DNA from: an uncultured bacterium | Lineage (GTDB): Bacteria; Krumholzibacteriota; Krumholzibacteriia; Krumholzibacteriales; Krumholzibacteriaceae | Direction of reading: 5' to 3' | NCBI GenBank assembly: GCA_963813815.1 | Contig: CAWFAD010000012.1 | Span: 96,001 to 160,000, forward strand | DNA length: 64,000 bases | In this document: in pieces, positions 28,507 through 38,036 of the stretch | Layout of the letters: the number at the start of each line of letters is the position of its first letter | Position numbering within the stretch: position 1 is the first letter of the stretch | Program-made: the position numbers and the translations under genes | Notes under the pieces: generated by a model | Seen by the model: only the letters and a program-made list of their open reading frames with translations | Told to the model about the DNA's origin: nothing | The model's database searches: none

Positions 28507-30384
28507 CTAGTTCAGCCGCTTGAACTCGATGCGCCGGTTCTCGGCCCGTCCCGCCGCCGACTTGTTCGAGGCGATCGGATTCGTCTCGCCGTAGCCTCGC
28601 GCCTCGACACGCTCGGTCGCGATGCCGGCGTTCACGAGGTACTGTTTGACCGAGTCGGCGCGTTTCTGCGAGAGGCTCATGTTGTACTCGTCCTTGCCCA
28701 CGTCATCCGTATACCCCGCGACCTCGACCCGCACGTCGGGATACGCCTTGAGCGAGCGCACGACCTGGTCGAGTATCGTGTAGGAATCGGGCGTGATCGA
28801 CGCCGAGGCGGTCTCGAAGTTCACGCCGCGGAGGATGAAGCGCTCCTCGATGGGACGCTCGTCCGGGCAGCCGTCCTCGTCCTCGTGCCCGTTGAAGGTT
28901 TCCATCTCGTTCGGACAGCGGTCGCCGGTATCGGGAATGCCGTCGAGGTCGTTGTCCGGATCGGGGCAGCCGTCCTCGTCCTGGAATCCGTCGGCGTCCT
29001 CGCTCTTCTGCGGGCACTTGTCGACGTCGTCCGGAACCCCGTCGCCGTCGCTGTCCATGACGATATCGGGGCAGCCGTCAGTGTCCTGCACGCCGTCGAA
29101 GTCCTCCGGCTCGTTCGGACACTTGTCGTTCACGTCCTGGATGCCGTCGGCGTCGTTGTCGAGATCCGGGCAGCCGTCGGCGTCCTCGTACCCGTCGAAA
29201 TCCTCCGCGAGATCGGGGCACTTGTCGATGTTGTCCTTGATCGAATCCTTGTCGTTATCGAGATCGGGGCAGCCGTCGACGTCCTCGTACCCGTCGAAAT
29301 CCTCGGGCTCCGCCGGACACTTGTCGACCTTGTCTTCTATGCCGTCGTCGTCGCTGTCCTGCGGAAGCACGCTCCCGCCGAACGAAAGAATCAGGTAGAG
29401 GGCCCAGTCGGGCGCGCCGACGAAAGCCTTGTCGTCTTCGGGATTGAGGTTGATGTCGGCCGCGAAGGTCGCGCCGCCCCCCTTCTCGGAGAGCAGCTTG
29501 ATGCCGGGAGTGATCGTGTAGATGCTCTTGTTTCCCGGCAGGTAATAGGCGTCCCCTTCGCTGAAGTCGGCGTTCAGGTAGCTGTCCCAGGTGAACTCGG
29601 CGAAGAGGCTCGATCCCATCGCGAGGAACTCGATCCCCGCCCCGAACTGGAAGAGATCGTTGAAGCCGTCGCTCTCCCCCTCGGGAGAGAGCGGATAGGC
29701 GGGCGGATAAAAGCCGGTCGAGTCGGGGTTGTTCGCGTAGAGGATGCCGTACCCCTCGTCCTCGTTCCGGTTGAATCGGTACCCGACGTTGAAATGAAGC
29801 CTCACCGGAACGAACTTCGCGTTCCCGGGAAAGTCGAACGAGAGGAGCCCCTTGACCCCGAACTCGGTCTCCCCGGTGGTGAACCCGGCTTCCTCGCGAC
29901 CCGTCGGGAAGCTCGCCTGTCCGAGGATGCCGATGCCGACGTACTTCGTTGGGAGCGGCGGGCAGAGCTTGAGGAGGAGCTCCGTGTCCCCCAGACCTCC
30001 GCGCGTGCGGGTCTCGAAGACGTCGGTGACCTCGAACTCGTCGGGCACCTGCATGATCCAGTTGCGGACGCCGAGCGCCGCCGAGAACTCCACGTAGTCG
30101 CTCAGCCCGAAGGTGAGCGCCGCGCGCGACAGGAAGAAATGGTAATCGACCTCCGCCTCGCTGAGGCCCGTCGGATTGAGCATGCTGAGCGGACCCGGCG
30201 TGAGCACCGCGTCGGTCCGGTAGTAGGACGTGCCGAGCGAGAAAACGAGCATTCCTCTCCCGACCGTCCCCGCGCGCTCGAGATGAAGCATGCCGGAGGT
30301 GCCGTTCCATCCGTCCTGGCACCATGCCGCGCCGGCCGGCGCGAGCACCGCGACGGCGGCGAGCAGGCAAAGCATCCGTTTCAT
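28507..30384 (-). CDS. OmpA-family outer membrane protein with thrombospondin type-3-like Ca-binding repeats
   Basis: Signal peptide; barrel-like N-terminus; DxDxDG...DKCP...DGCPD repeats; C-terminal LSQKRADSV...GYGE...[10 protein letters not shown]. Confidence 0.92.
   Translation of the reverse strand: MKRMLCLLAAVAVLAPAGAAWCQDGWNGTSGMLHLERAGTVGRGMLVFSLGTSYYRTDAVLTPGPLSMLNPTGLSEAEVDYHFFLSRAALTFGLSDYVEFSAALGVRNWIMQVPDEFEVTDVFETRTRGGLGDTELLLKLCPPLPTKYVGIGILGQASFPTGREEAGFTTGETEFGVKGLLSFDFPGNAKFVPVRLHFNVGYRFNRNEDEGYGILYANNPDSTGFYPPAYPLSPEGESDGFNDLFQFGAGIEFLAMGSSLFAEFTWDSYLNADFSEGDAYYLPGNKSIYTITPGIKLLSEKGGGATFAADINLNPEDDKAFVGAPDWALYLILSFGGSVLPQDSDDDGIEDKVDKCPAEPEDFDGYEDVDGCPDLDNDKDSIKDNIDKCPDLAEDFDGYEDADGCPDLDNDADGIQDVNDKCPNEPEDFDGVQDTDGCPDIVMDSDGDGVPDDVDKCPQKSEDADGFQDEDGCPDPDNDLDGIPDTGDRCPNEMETFNGHEDEDGCPDERPIEERFILRGVNFETASASITPDSYTILDQVVRSLKAYPDVRVEVAGYTDDVGKDEYNMSLSQKRADSVKQYLVNAGIATERVEARGYGETNPIASNKSAAGRAENRRIEFKRLN
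28858..29360 (-). repeat. Five ~33-aa (99-nt) TSP3-like coding repeats
   Basis: For example [33 protein letters not shown]; visible in the DNA as recurring gggcagccgtc. Confidence 0.85.
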
Positions 30385-30414
30385 TTCGCTGCCTCCTTGC
30401 TGATCCCCGTGTCT

Positions 30415-30789
30415 CTATTCATTTCGAGGTGCGGAACCATCATGTTTCGTGCCACTTCGATCGCTCCGGCCCTCCCGCTCCCCGTCGTTGCCGGCCGCTT
30501 CCGATTCGGCCTCCCCGCGAGCCGACTCGTCGACGTAGTTCATCCGCAGCTCCATGAGAACCTTGTCGAGATGGCGCCGCTCCTCCCCGGAGAGATTGCC
30601 GGCCGTTTTGTCGCTGATCATCTCCAGCATGTCGATCGTGATGCGCGCCTGTGCCAGATCGCGGTCGACCGCGCCGCTCAGCGGATTCACGAGCTTACCG
30701 AGCTGCTGGAGCGCGAGCGTCGCGAACATTGCGATGAGATTATGAAAGAGGAATTCCGTCCGCTCGTTTTCGCCGTTTTCGTACGTCAT
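30415..30789 (-). CDS. DUF1844-family protein
   Basis: ALQQLGKLVNPLSG, DLAQARITIDMLEMI, KTAGNL, ELRMNYV. Confidence 0.85.
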   Translation of the reverse strand: MTYENGENERTEFLFHNLIAMFATLALQQLGKLVNPLSGAVDRDLAQARITIDMLEMISDKTAGNLSGEERRHLDKVLMELRMNYVDESARGEAESEAAGNDGEREGRSDRSGTKHDGSAPRNE

Positions 30790-30818
30790 GGCTGGCCGCT
30801 CCTCGTCGCTTGCGTTCC

Positions 30819-30848
30819 ACTATAGAAACGCGCGATTTGAGCCGTCAA
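30819..30848 (-). promoter_or_regulatory. Sigma70 promoter for DUF1844-ompA
   Basis: TTGACG-N18-TATAGT. Confidence 0.65.
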
Positions 30849-30857
30849 TGAAAAACG

Positions 30858-30887
30858 AAAAAAAAGAGCCGCCCCGCGGGGCGGCTC
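30858..30887 (-). terminator. Intrinsic terminator after the XRE pair
   Basis: GAGCCGCCCC-gc-GGGGCGGCTC followed by T8 on the minus strand. Confidence 0.85.
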
Positions 30888-30913
30888 GATCGCCGGAGAG
30901 CCGTGCGGCGGAC

Positions 30914-31477
30914 TCAATCCGCCTTTCGCTCGGAGGCGAACCAGATCATCTTGGCCTGATCGCTCGCCGAGCTATTCGCGAAACCGTGCTGTTGGCTCGC
31001 GAGAAAATAGATGCTGTCCCCCTCGCCGAGATCGTGCGTGGCCCCGTCGACCGAGAAACGCACGGCGCCCTGAAGCACGAGCGCGGCCTCGTCCCCTTCG
31101 TGCGCGTGGAGCTCCACTTCCGGGCTCTTCACCGGCGAGATCGTGATGAGCTGCGCGTTGATCTTGCCGCTCGGAATCGACTTCGTGAGCATCTCGCGCG
31201 TTCCGGCGCACCGCTCGAGCCGGCAGGGTTTGCGATCCTCGAGCGAGACGCACGAGACGTCATCGAGCTCCGCGTCCTCTATGAAATACGCGGGATCGCG
31301 GCTCAGGGCGTCGGCGATCCTCACGAGGGCTCCGATCGTGGGAGAGGTCTTGCCGCGCTCGATCTCGGAGATGTGCGTCGCCGAAATGCCGGCCTTTGCC
31401 TCCACGTTCTTGAGCGTGAGGTGCTGCTCCTCGCGCACCTTCTTGATCCGTTTGCCGATCTCTTCCTTCGATATCAT
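30914..31477 (-). CDS. XRE-family HTH + cupin transcriptional regulator
   Basis: IGKRIKKVRE...ISATHISEIERGKTSPT; cupin HAHEGDE, GDSIYF. Confidence 0.9.
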   Translation of the reverse strand: MISKEEIGKRIKKVREEQHLTLKNVEAKAGISATHISEIERGKTSPTIGALVRIADALSRDPAYFIEDAELDDVSCVSLEDRKPCRLERCAGTREMLTKSIPSGKINAQLITISPVKSPEVELHAHEGDEAALVLQGAVRFSVDGATHDLGEGDSIYFLASQQHGFANSSASDQAKMIWFASERKAD

Positions 31478-31511
31478 TCCCTCATGCTCCTCCTCGCGGC
31501 GCCGTCGCGGC

Positions 31512-32072
31512 TCACAGGCTGTACGGCGGAAGGGTGATCCATATCGCGCGGCATTTCGCGTCGCCGATGTTGCGCATCGCGTGCGGCTTCGCCGCCTTGT
31601 AATGGATGCTGTCCCCTTCCTTGAGAATGTATTTCTGATCGCCGATGATGATCTCCATGACCCCCTTCGTCACCATGGCGAACTCCTCGCCTCCGTGCGT
31701 GCTCGTCTCCTCGGGCCGCTTGATGCCGGGCTCGAGCTCGACCTCGAGGAACGAGAACCGGGGATTCGGGATGTCCTTGGCGAGCGAGTAGTAGGTGGCG
31801 CCCCAATCCTTGAACTGCATCTTCTTGCGCTTCGTCTTGGTGACCACCGATATCTTGGAAACGTTCTGCTTTTCGACGAAATAGGCCACTTCCGTGCCCA
31901 TCGCCTCCGCTATCTTGGCGAGCGCCCCCACGGTCGGCGAAGTCATGCCGCGCTCGATCTCGGACACGTGCGTCGCCGAAACTTGTGCTTTGATCTCGAT
32001 GTCCTTGAGGGTAAGCCCCCGCGAAAGCCTGAATTGCTTAATTCTCGAGCCGATTTCGTCCTTGCCGTCCAT
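31512..32072 (-). CDS. XRE-family HTH + cupin transcriptional regulator
   Basis: IGSRIKQFR...VSATHVSEIERGMTSPT; cupin THGGEEF, GDSIHY...PH. Confidence 0.9.
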   Translation of the reverse strand: MDGKDEIGSRIKQFRLSRGLTLKDIEIKAQVSATHVSEIERGMTSPTVGALAKIAEAMGTEVAYFVEKQNVSKISVVTKTKRKKMQFKDWGATYYSLAKDIPNPRFSFLEVELEPGIKRPEETSTHGGEEFAMVTKGVMEIIIGDQKYILKEGDSIHYKAAKPHAMRNIGDAKCRAIWITLPPYSL

Positions 32073-32131
32073 TGTACTCCCCCGCTCTTATCCTATGGGG
32101 CAAAAAGGCCGTAAAAGAACCGACAACCCCA

Positions 32132-32160
32132 ATATTAAGAGAAAAAGCGATAATTTTCAA
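32132..32160 (-). promoter_or_regulatory. Sigma70 promoter for the XRE pair
   Basis: TTGAAA-N17-TAATAT. Confidence 0.7.
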
Positions 32161-32216
32161 GAATGAAATTTGTCATTCTGCAAATATTGCTGATTAATGC
32201 AATTTGATTGCATTAA
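32160..32216. promoter_or_regulatory. Candidate operator palindromes
   Basis: AGAATGA-N6-TCATTCT (32160-32179) and TTAATGCAAT-N3-ATTGCATTAA (32194-32216). Confidence 0.55.
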
Positions 32217-32282
32217 ACGAATTATCTCGGCGCCCTCGGCGGCAACGGGAGCGCCACGAATTCTTTATCTCTTTCATTTATC

Positions 32283-32311
32283 TGGACTTGATATAACGCT
32301 TCCCTTATATT
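32283..32311 (+). promoter_or_regulatory. Putative promoter of the GT9-waaA-radical SAM operon
   Basis: TGGACT-N17-TATATT. Confidence 0.45.
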
Positions 32312-32338
32312 GAGCGGCACACGTTGGAGTATGTTCCG

Positions 32339-33379
32339 ATGCCCTTCAATTTAAATAAAATCCTCGTCATCAGGCTGAGCTCGCTCGGCGATCTCGTTCT
32401 CCTCGTTCCGGAGCTCCTGAGGCTCCGGCGCGCGGCGCCTGGCGCCGTCATCCACCTGCTCACGAGGGAGCGATTCGCGGGGCTCTTCGAGGGAAACACC
32501 TATCTCGACGACGTCCTGACGCTCGGCGGGGGCGGCCCGGGAGAGCTCCTCCGCATGCGCGCGCGGCTCGCCCGCGAGCGCTACGACGCCGTCGTCGACG
32601 CGCATGGCGTGACGCGCAGCTCGATTCTCTATCACGCGCTTCGCGCGCCGAAGAAGATCAGGATCGAAAAAAACGAAATCCGAAAGTTCATGCTCATCGT
32701 GGGCAAGTTGAATCTCTACCGCGGCGCCGTCACGCAATCGGACCGCTACGCGCGGCTCGTCGCGGCGCTCGGCGCGGAGCCCGGCGGCGGATGTCTCGAG
32801 ATGCCGCTTCCGCCCCACGCGGCGGCGGCGGCGGACGCCGTTCTCTCACGCTCGGCGGAGGGCGGCCGGCGGCTCGTCGCGTTCGCTCCCGGCGCGCGGT
32901 GGGAGACGAAAACGTGGCCGCGGGAGCGCTACGTCGAGGTCATGAGGGAAACGGCGCGGCGGGGATTCGCCACGCTCCTCATCGGCGGAGCGGCGGACCT
33001 CGATCGCAACGCTGAAATCGCGGCGGCGGTTTCTCCGGCGCCCCTCGATCTCACGGGAAAGCTCTCGATCCTCGAATCGGCGGCGGCGCTCAAACGGTGC
33101 GCCGCGCTCGTGACGAACGACTCCGCGCCGCTGCACCTCGCCGAGGCGGTCGGCACGCCGGTCGTCGCGCTCTTCGGCCCCACGGTGCGGGAGTTCGGCT
33201 ATTTCCCGCGCCTCGAACGCAGCGTCGCGCTCGAGACGAAGCTCGGCTGCAGACCATGCTCCCGAAACGGCGCCCGCCGCTGCCCCTACGGAACCAAGGA
33301 GTGTCTCGCCGCGATACCAGCGGCGACGGTCGCGGAAGCCCTCGCCGGAATCGTCGGCGAACGCGAGGCCCGCGCATGA
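32339..33379 (+). CDS. GT9 glycosyltransferase (LPS heptosyltransferase-like)
   Basis: ILVIRLSSLGDLVL, APGARWETKTWP, TNDSAPLHLAEAVGTPVVALFGPT. Confidence 0.9.
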   Translation: MPFNLNKILVIRLSSLGDLVLLVPELLRLRRAAPGAVIHLLTRERFAGLFEGNTYLDDVLTLGGGGPGELLRMRARLARERYDAVVDAHGVTRSSILYHALRAPKKIRIEKNEIRKFMLIVGKLNLYRGAVTQSDRYARLVAALGAEPGGGCLEMPLPPHAAAAADAVLSRSAEGGRRLVAFAPGARWETKTWPRERYVEVMRETARRGFATLLIGGAADLDRNAEIAAAVSPAPLDLTGKLSILESAAALKRCAALVTNDSAPLHLAEAVGTPVVALFGPTVREFGYFPRLERSVALETKLGCRPCSRNGARRCPYGTKECLAAIPAATVAEALAGIVGEREARA

Positions 33380-34695
33380 GAATCGAGCACGCTCTCTACA
33401 ACGCCCTGATCCCCGCGGTCGCCTTCGGCGCCCGCGTCGCCTCGCTGTGGAACGCCAAAATCGCCGAGGGACTCGCCGGGCGGAAGGGATGGCGGGAGCG
33501 TTGGATCGAAAACGCGTCGAGGATCGAGCGGCGCCGGCCGCTCGTATGGTTCCACGTCTCGTCGGTCGGGGAGTTCGAACAGGCGAAGCCCGTCATGAGC
33601 ATGCTCGCCGATCGTCCCGGCGGCGGGGTCGAGATAGCCCTTACCTTCTACTCGCCGTCGGGCATGAGCTACTACGGGCGATTCGACCGATCGAGGCGGA
33701 TCGAGGCGATTCGCTTCGTCGACTATCTCCCGATCGATACCGCCGGCAACGCGCGTTTCTGCCTCGACACGCTGCGGCCCGATCTCATCGTGTACGTCAA
33801 GTTCGACATATGGCCGAATCTTCTCGTCGAGGCGTCGAAACGGGGAATCCCGCAGGCGCTCATGGCCGCGACGCTCTCGCCCGGATCGCTGCGTCTCTCG
33901 CGGATCGCGCGGGGCTACTACGGCGATCTCTACTCGCGGCTCGACGCGATCGCGGCGATCTCCGAGGAGGACGCGGAGCGTTTCCGGCGCGGCGTCCGCG
34001 ACGCGGCGAGGATCGTCGTCGCGGGGGACACGCGATTCGACCAGGTCTGCCGCCGCGTCGACTCCTCGACGGCGAGGCCGTCCGGCGCCGTCGCCGCCGC
34101 GGGCAGAGCATGGATCATAGCCGGGAGCACGTGGCCGAAGGACGAGGCGCTCGTCGTATCGGGCTATCGCGTTCTCCGGAAGGCGCATCGCGGCATCGGG
34201 CTCATCATCGTCCCGCACGAGCCTTCCGCCGAGCGGCTCGCCTCGATCCACCGGGCGCTCGCGTCGGCGGGCCTTTCCTACCGTCTGCTCTCGAGCCTCA
34301 AAGAGGGCGTTCCGTTCGAGGAGGACGTCGTCGTCGCAGACGGGGTCGGCTACCTCGCGGAGCTGTACCGTGCCGGGTGCATCGCCTACGTTGGGGGCAG
34401 CTTCACGACGGGCGTTCACAACGTCATGGAACCGGCCGTGCTCTCCCTTCCCGTCTTCTTCGGACCCCGCATCGACAACTCGTACGAGGCCCGGCGTCTC
34501 GTCGAGCTCGGCGCCGGAAAGATCGTTCGGCGGGGAATCGACTTCGCCCGGGAAGCCGGAGCCCTTCTCGCCGATCCGGAGCTCCGGGCGCGGGCGGGCG
34601 GCGCGGGGGAGCGTTTCATACGAAACCATTGCGGCGCGGCGTCCCGTTGCGTAGATTTAGCGGAAAACCTCCTCGCGAGAAAGGGTACTCCGTGA
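33376..34695 (+). CDS. waaA: Kdo transferase
   Basis: WFHVSSVGEFEQ, YLPID, GDTRFD, AGSTW, VPHEP, YVGGSF...HNVMEPA; ATGA overlap. Confidence 0.9.
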   Translation: MRIEHALYNALIPAVAFGARVASLWNAKIAEGLAGRKGWRERWIENASRIERRRPLVWFHVSSVGEFEQAKPVMSMLADRPGGGVEIALTFYSPSGMSYYGRFDRSRRIEAIRFVDYLPIDTAGNARFCLDTLRPDLIVYVKFDIWPNLLVEASKRGIPQALMAATLSPGSLRLSRIARGYYGDLYSRLDAIAAISEEDAERFRRGVRDAARIVVAGDTRFDQVCRRVDSSTARPSGAVAAAGRAWIIAGSTWPKDEALVVSGYRVLRKAHRGIGLIIVPHEPSAERLASIHRALASAGLSYRLLSSLKEGVPFEEDVVVADGVGYLAELYRAGCIAYVGGSFTTGVHNVMEPAVLSLPVFFGPRIDNSYEARRLVELGAGKIVRRGIDFAREAGALLADPELRARAGGAGERFIRNHCGAASRCVDLAENLLARKGTP

Positions 34696-35552
34696 AACAG
34701 CAGCTCAAGCTTCCGGCGCAACCGCGTTACATTCAGATCGAGACCATTCTCGGCTGCGACGCCGAGTGCCCCTTCTGCCCGCAGAAAACCATCGATCGCC
34801 GGCCCATCGTCATGGGCGAGGCGACCTGGAGAAAGATCATCGACGATACGCGAGGGCTCGGCGTCACCTACCGGCCCTTCCTGCAGAACGAAGCGCTCCT
34901 CGACAAACGTCTCGCGAAGATCGTCGCCCACATCAAGAAAGATCCGACCGCCCGCGCCGAGATCAACACGAACGGGAACCTCCTCGACGAACGCCGGGGA
35001 CGCGAGCTCATCGAGGCCGGAATCGATCTCGTGAGATTCAGCATCGACGCCTTCTCCCCCGAAACCTTCGCCCGCTGCCGCGTCGGCCTCGACTACGCGC
35101 GGGTCGTCGACAACGTCAACCGCTTCGTCTCGCTCGCTCGCGAGCGCGGCGGCCGCGTGGCGACGGAGGTCAGGATGATCGATATGGAGACGAACCGCCA
35201 CGAGCAGGAAGCCTTCGTGGAATACTGGGGCGCGCGGGCGGACCGCGCGCTCGTCGTGCCGCTCTACAACTGGCCGTGGGACGAGGGCGTCGAGATGGTG
35301 CCGAAACCCTGCCTCAAGATGCGCGAGGAGATGTTCTTCTACACCGACGGGCGGGCCGTGCTCTGCTGCTGGGACATCGCCGGCCGGGCCGTGATCGGCG
35401 ACGTCACGAAGGAGAGCGTCCTCGAGATTTGGAACGGCGAGGTCCGCCGCGGGTACGCGGGGCATCTCGCGCGAGGCGAGCGTGAAAAGATTCAGCTCTG
35501 CTCGCGCTGCGACGCCTACAAGGACCGCCGCTTCGAGGGATTCCCCGACTGA
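34692..35552 (+). CDS. Radical SAM protein with SPASM/Twitch domain
   Basis: GTG 34692 (GTGA overlap); CDAECPFC, NTNG, PC...DGRAVLCCWD...IGD...IWNG...CSRC. Confidence 0.88.
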   Translation: MKQQLKLPAQPRYIQIETILGCDAECPFCPQKTIDRRPIVMGEATWRKIIDDTRGLGVTYRPFLQNEALLDKRLAKIVAHIKKDPTARAEINTNGNLLDERRGRELIEAGIDLVRFSIDAFSPETFARCRVGLDYARVVDNVNRFVSLARERGGRVATEVRMIDMETNRHEQEAFVEYWGARADRALVVPLYNWPWDEGVEMVPKPCLKMREEMFFYTDGRAVLCCWDIAGRAVIGDVTKESVLEIWNGEVRRGYAGHLARGEREKIQLCSRCDAYKDRRFEGFPD

Positions 35553-36196
35553 CCGCCGCCCCACGCCCGGCGACGCGATCCGGCGCGCTCCTCCAACCTC
35601 ATTGGCCATTCCACGGCGCCGCGCCGCACGAGCGACGGCCGCGCTCTCCTGAAATCGACGATCGTCGAAGGGGCCGCCGGCGAGCGGCCGCGCCTCGAGA
35701 CGTACGCGTCGAGCCCCGGAAAGGCCCGCTCGATATCCCCGATGCGCGCGAGCGGCCTGCCGCCCGAGACGTTGGCGCTCGTCGAGACGAGCGGCTCCCC
35801 GACCGCGGCGACGAGCGCGCGCAGGGCCGCGTCGGCGGGCACGCGCACGGCGACGGCTCCGCGGGGGGCAAGCGCCGCGGGCAAGCGCCTTCGGGCGGGC
35901 AGGATCGCCGTCAGCGGCGCCGGCCAGAGACGGGACAGGATCCCCCTCGCCTCTCCGGGCCACCGCGAGACGACGCGCTCCGCCATCCGGGCGTCGGCCG
36001 CGAGCAGTATGTACCCGATTCCCCTCGATCGCCCCTTGAGCTTCCTGATCCGCTCCACGGCGTCGAGACGCGATGCGGCGCAATGAAGACCGTAGATCGT
36101 GTCCGTGGGAAGGACCGCCACCCCGCCCGACGCGAGGACGGCGGCGACGCGCGCGGCGAGGGAGCGCGTGAGGTATCCCTTCAGGATCGGTGCCAC
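35516..36196 (-). CDS. tsaC: Threonylcarbamoyl-AMP synthase (TsaC/Sua5/YrdC)
   Basis: PTDTIYGL, LKGR, LWPAPLT, VAVRVP, STSANVSG, PSTIVD. Confidence 0.85.
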   Translation of the reverse strand: MAPILKGYLTRSLAARVAAVLASGGVAVLPTDTIYGLHCAASRLDAVERIRKLKGRSRGIGYILLAADARMAERVVSRWPGEARGILSRLWPAPLTAILPARRRLPAALAPRGAVAVRVPADAALRALVAAVGEPLVSTSANVSGGRPLARIGDIERAFPGLDAYVSRRGRSPAAPSTIVDFRRARPSLVRRGAVEWPMRLEERAGSRRRAWGGGQSGNPSKRRSL

Positions 36197-36647
36197 TGTT
36201 CGCGCATGTCCTGAAGTTTGCCGGCGATCCGCTCGTCCGCGAGGGCGAGTATCTCCGCGGCGAGGATGGCGGCGTTTCGCGCGCCGGGCGCGCCGACGGC
36301 CACCGTGGCCACCGGAACCCCGGGCGGCATCTGCGCGATGGCGTACAGGGCGTCGATCCCGCCGGGAAGCCCGCTCGCGAGCGGCACGCCGATGACGGGG
36401 CGCATCGTAAGGGATGCGACGTATCCCGGCAACGCCGCGGCCATCCCCGCGCCGGCGATGAACACCTTCGCCCCCCGCCGCAGAGCTTCCTCGACATACT
36501 CGACCGTCGCCTTCGGCTGGCGATGGGCGGAGGAGACTCGAAGCTCCCACGTCACGCCGAGCTTATCGAGCTGCTCGACGCACGCCTGCATCGCCTCCCG
36601 GTCGGATTCGCTCCCATCAGCACGGCGACCTGAATATCCCCTTTCAC
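36181..36647 (-). CDS. purE: N5-CAIR mutase; one frameshift in this sequence
   Basis: VKGDIQVAVLMG | SESD...SAHRQP...AGAGMAAALPG...QMPPGVPVATV. One G appears to be missing at 36613-36615. Confidence 0.88.
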
Positions 36648-37954
36648 CGCTGCTCCTTTCTTCCTCCCGGGCTGAGCGCCCGCTTGCCGATGTCGCTCCG
36701 GGAGAACGCGCCCTCGAACCGAATCGCCCCGACGCCGCGATACGCATTTTCTATCGCCGCGGCGAGATCGTCCGCGACGGCCGTCACCCCGAGCACCCGG
36801 CCTCCCGCCGTGACGACGGCGTCTCCGCGGAGCGCCGTTCCGGCATGGAACACGAGGCATCCCCTGTCGGCAGCTTCCTCGAGTCCCGAAATCTCGAATC
36901 CTTTCCGGTACGTCCCGGGATAGCCGCCCGAGGCGACGACGACGCACGCCGCGGCGCGCGAGCCGCCCGCGAAGGCGACCCGGTCGAGCTCCCCCGCGGC
37001 CGCCGCTTCGAGCGCGTCGAGCAGATCTCCCTCGTAGAGCGGCAGAACCGCCTGCGTCTCCGGATCGCCGAAGCGGCAGTTGTACTCGAGCACCATCGGC
37101 CCGTCCGCGGTGAGCATGACGCCGAAGTAGAGCGCGCCCGCGCACGCGATCCCATCCTCCCGCATCCCCTCGAAGGTAGGCTCGATGATCGCGGAGCGAA
37201 TGCGCTCGAGCATCCCGGGGGCGAGCGCCGGCACCGGGGCGTAGGCCCCCATGCCGCCCGTATTGGGACCAAGATCATTGTCGCGCGCCCGCTTGTGATC
37301 CTGCGACGGCGCGAAGAGACGGTACGTTTTTCCGTCGAAGAGGGAAAGGATCGACACCTCGGGCCCCTCGAGATACTCCTCGATCACGATGCGCTCCCCC
37401 GCCGCGCCGAACTCCCTGCGCAGCATCATGAGCTCGATCGCCGCGCGGGCCTCGTCCTGCGTCCTCGCGATGATGACGCCCTTGCCGGCGGCGAGCCCGT
37501 CCGCCTTGATGACGAAGGGAGGTTCCGCGCGGGAGATCGCGGAGAAAGCGGCGCCGGAGTCGGCGCACACGGCGAACCCGCCCGTCGGAATGCCGTGCCG
37601 GCGCATGAACTCCTTCGCCCAAACCTTGCTCCCCTCGAGCTTCGCCGCGCCGCGGCCGAACCCGAAGATCCCGAGAGAGCGCGAGGCGAAGAGATCGGTT
37701 ATTCCGGCGACGAGCGGCGCCTCGGGCCCGACGATCGTGAGAGCGACCTCCCGCTCCGCGGCGAACGCGGCGAGCCCGGCGATATCCTCGGCGCTCACGT
37801 TCACGCACTCGGCGACCGCCGCCATTCCGGCGTTCCCCGGAGCGGCGTAGAGCTTTCCGGCGCGCGGCGACTGCGCTATCTTCCACGCGATGGCGTGCTC
37901 GCGGCCTCCGCCACCCACGATGAGAACGTTCATGCCGTTCCTCTCTTCGCTCAC
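36644..37954 (-). CDS. purD: Phosphoribosylamine-glycine ligase
   Basis: GGGGREHA, APGNAG, KADGLAAGKGV, QDHKR, GPNTGGMGAY, RFGDPETQ. Confidence 0.96.
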   Translation of the reverse strand: MSEERNGMNVLIVGGGGREHAIAWKIAQSPRAGKLYAAPGNAGMAAVAECVNVSAEDIAGLAAFAAEREVALTIVGPEAPLVAGITDLFASRSLGIFGFGRGAAKLEGSKVWAKEFMRRHGIPTGGFAVCADSGAAFSAISRAEPPFVIKADGLAAGKGVIIARTQDEARAAIELMMLRREFGAAGERIVIEEYLEGPEVSILSLFDGKTYRLFAPSQDHKRARDNDLGPNTGGMGAYAPVPALAPGMLERIRSAIIEPTFEGMREDGIACAGALYFGVMLTADGPMVLEYNCRFGDPETQAVLPLYEGDLLDALEAAAAGELDRVAFAGGSRAAACVVVASGGYPGTYRKGFEISGLEEAADRGCLVFHAGTALRGDAVVTAGGRVLGVTAVADDLAAAIENAYRGVGAIRFEGAFSRSDIGKRALSPGGRKEQR

Positions 37955-38005
37955 GGCCGGCCTCCGGCGCGCCGGCTCATCGGCGCTCGCCGGGCGGCGG
38001 CGCTC

Positions 38006-38011
38006 ATTATA
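38006..38011 (-). promoter_or_regulatory. -10 element upstream of purD
   Basis: Perfect TATAAT in a GC-rich gap; weak -35 (CTGCAC at 17-nt spacing). Confidence 0.5.
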
Positions 38012-38036
38012 CTACCGCCCGGAGGGACGTGCAGCC

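Noticed and set aside
28858..29360. CRISPR-like regularly spaced DNA repeats
   Set aside because: The repeats are in-frame, degenerate at codon third positions and encode TSP3-like units. No cas genes are present.
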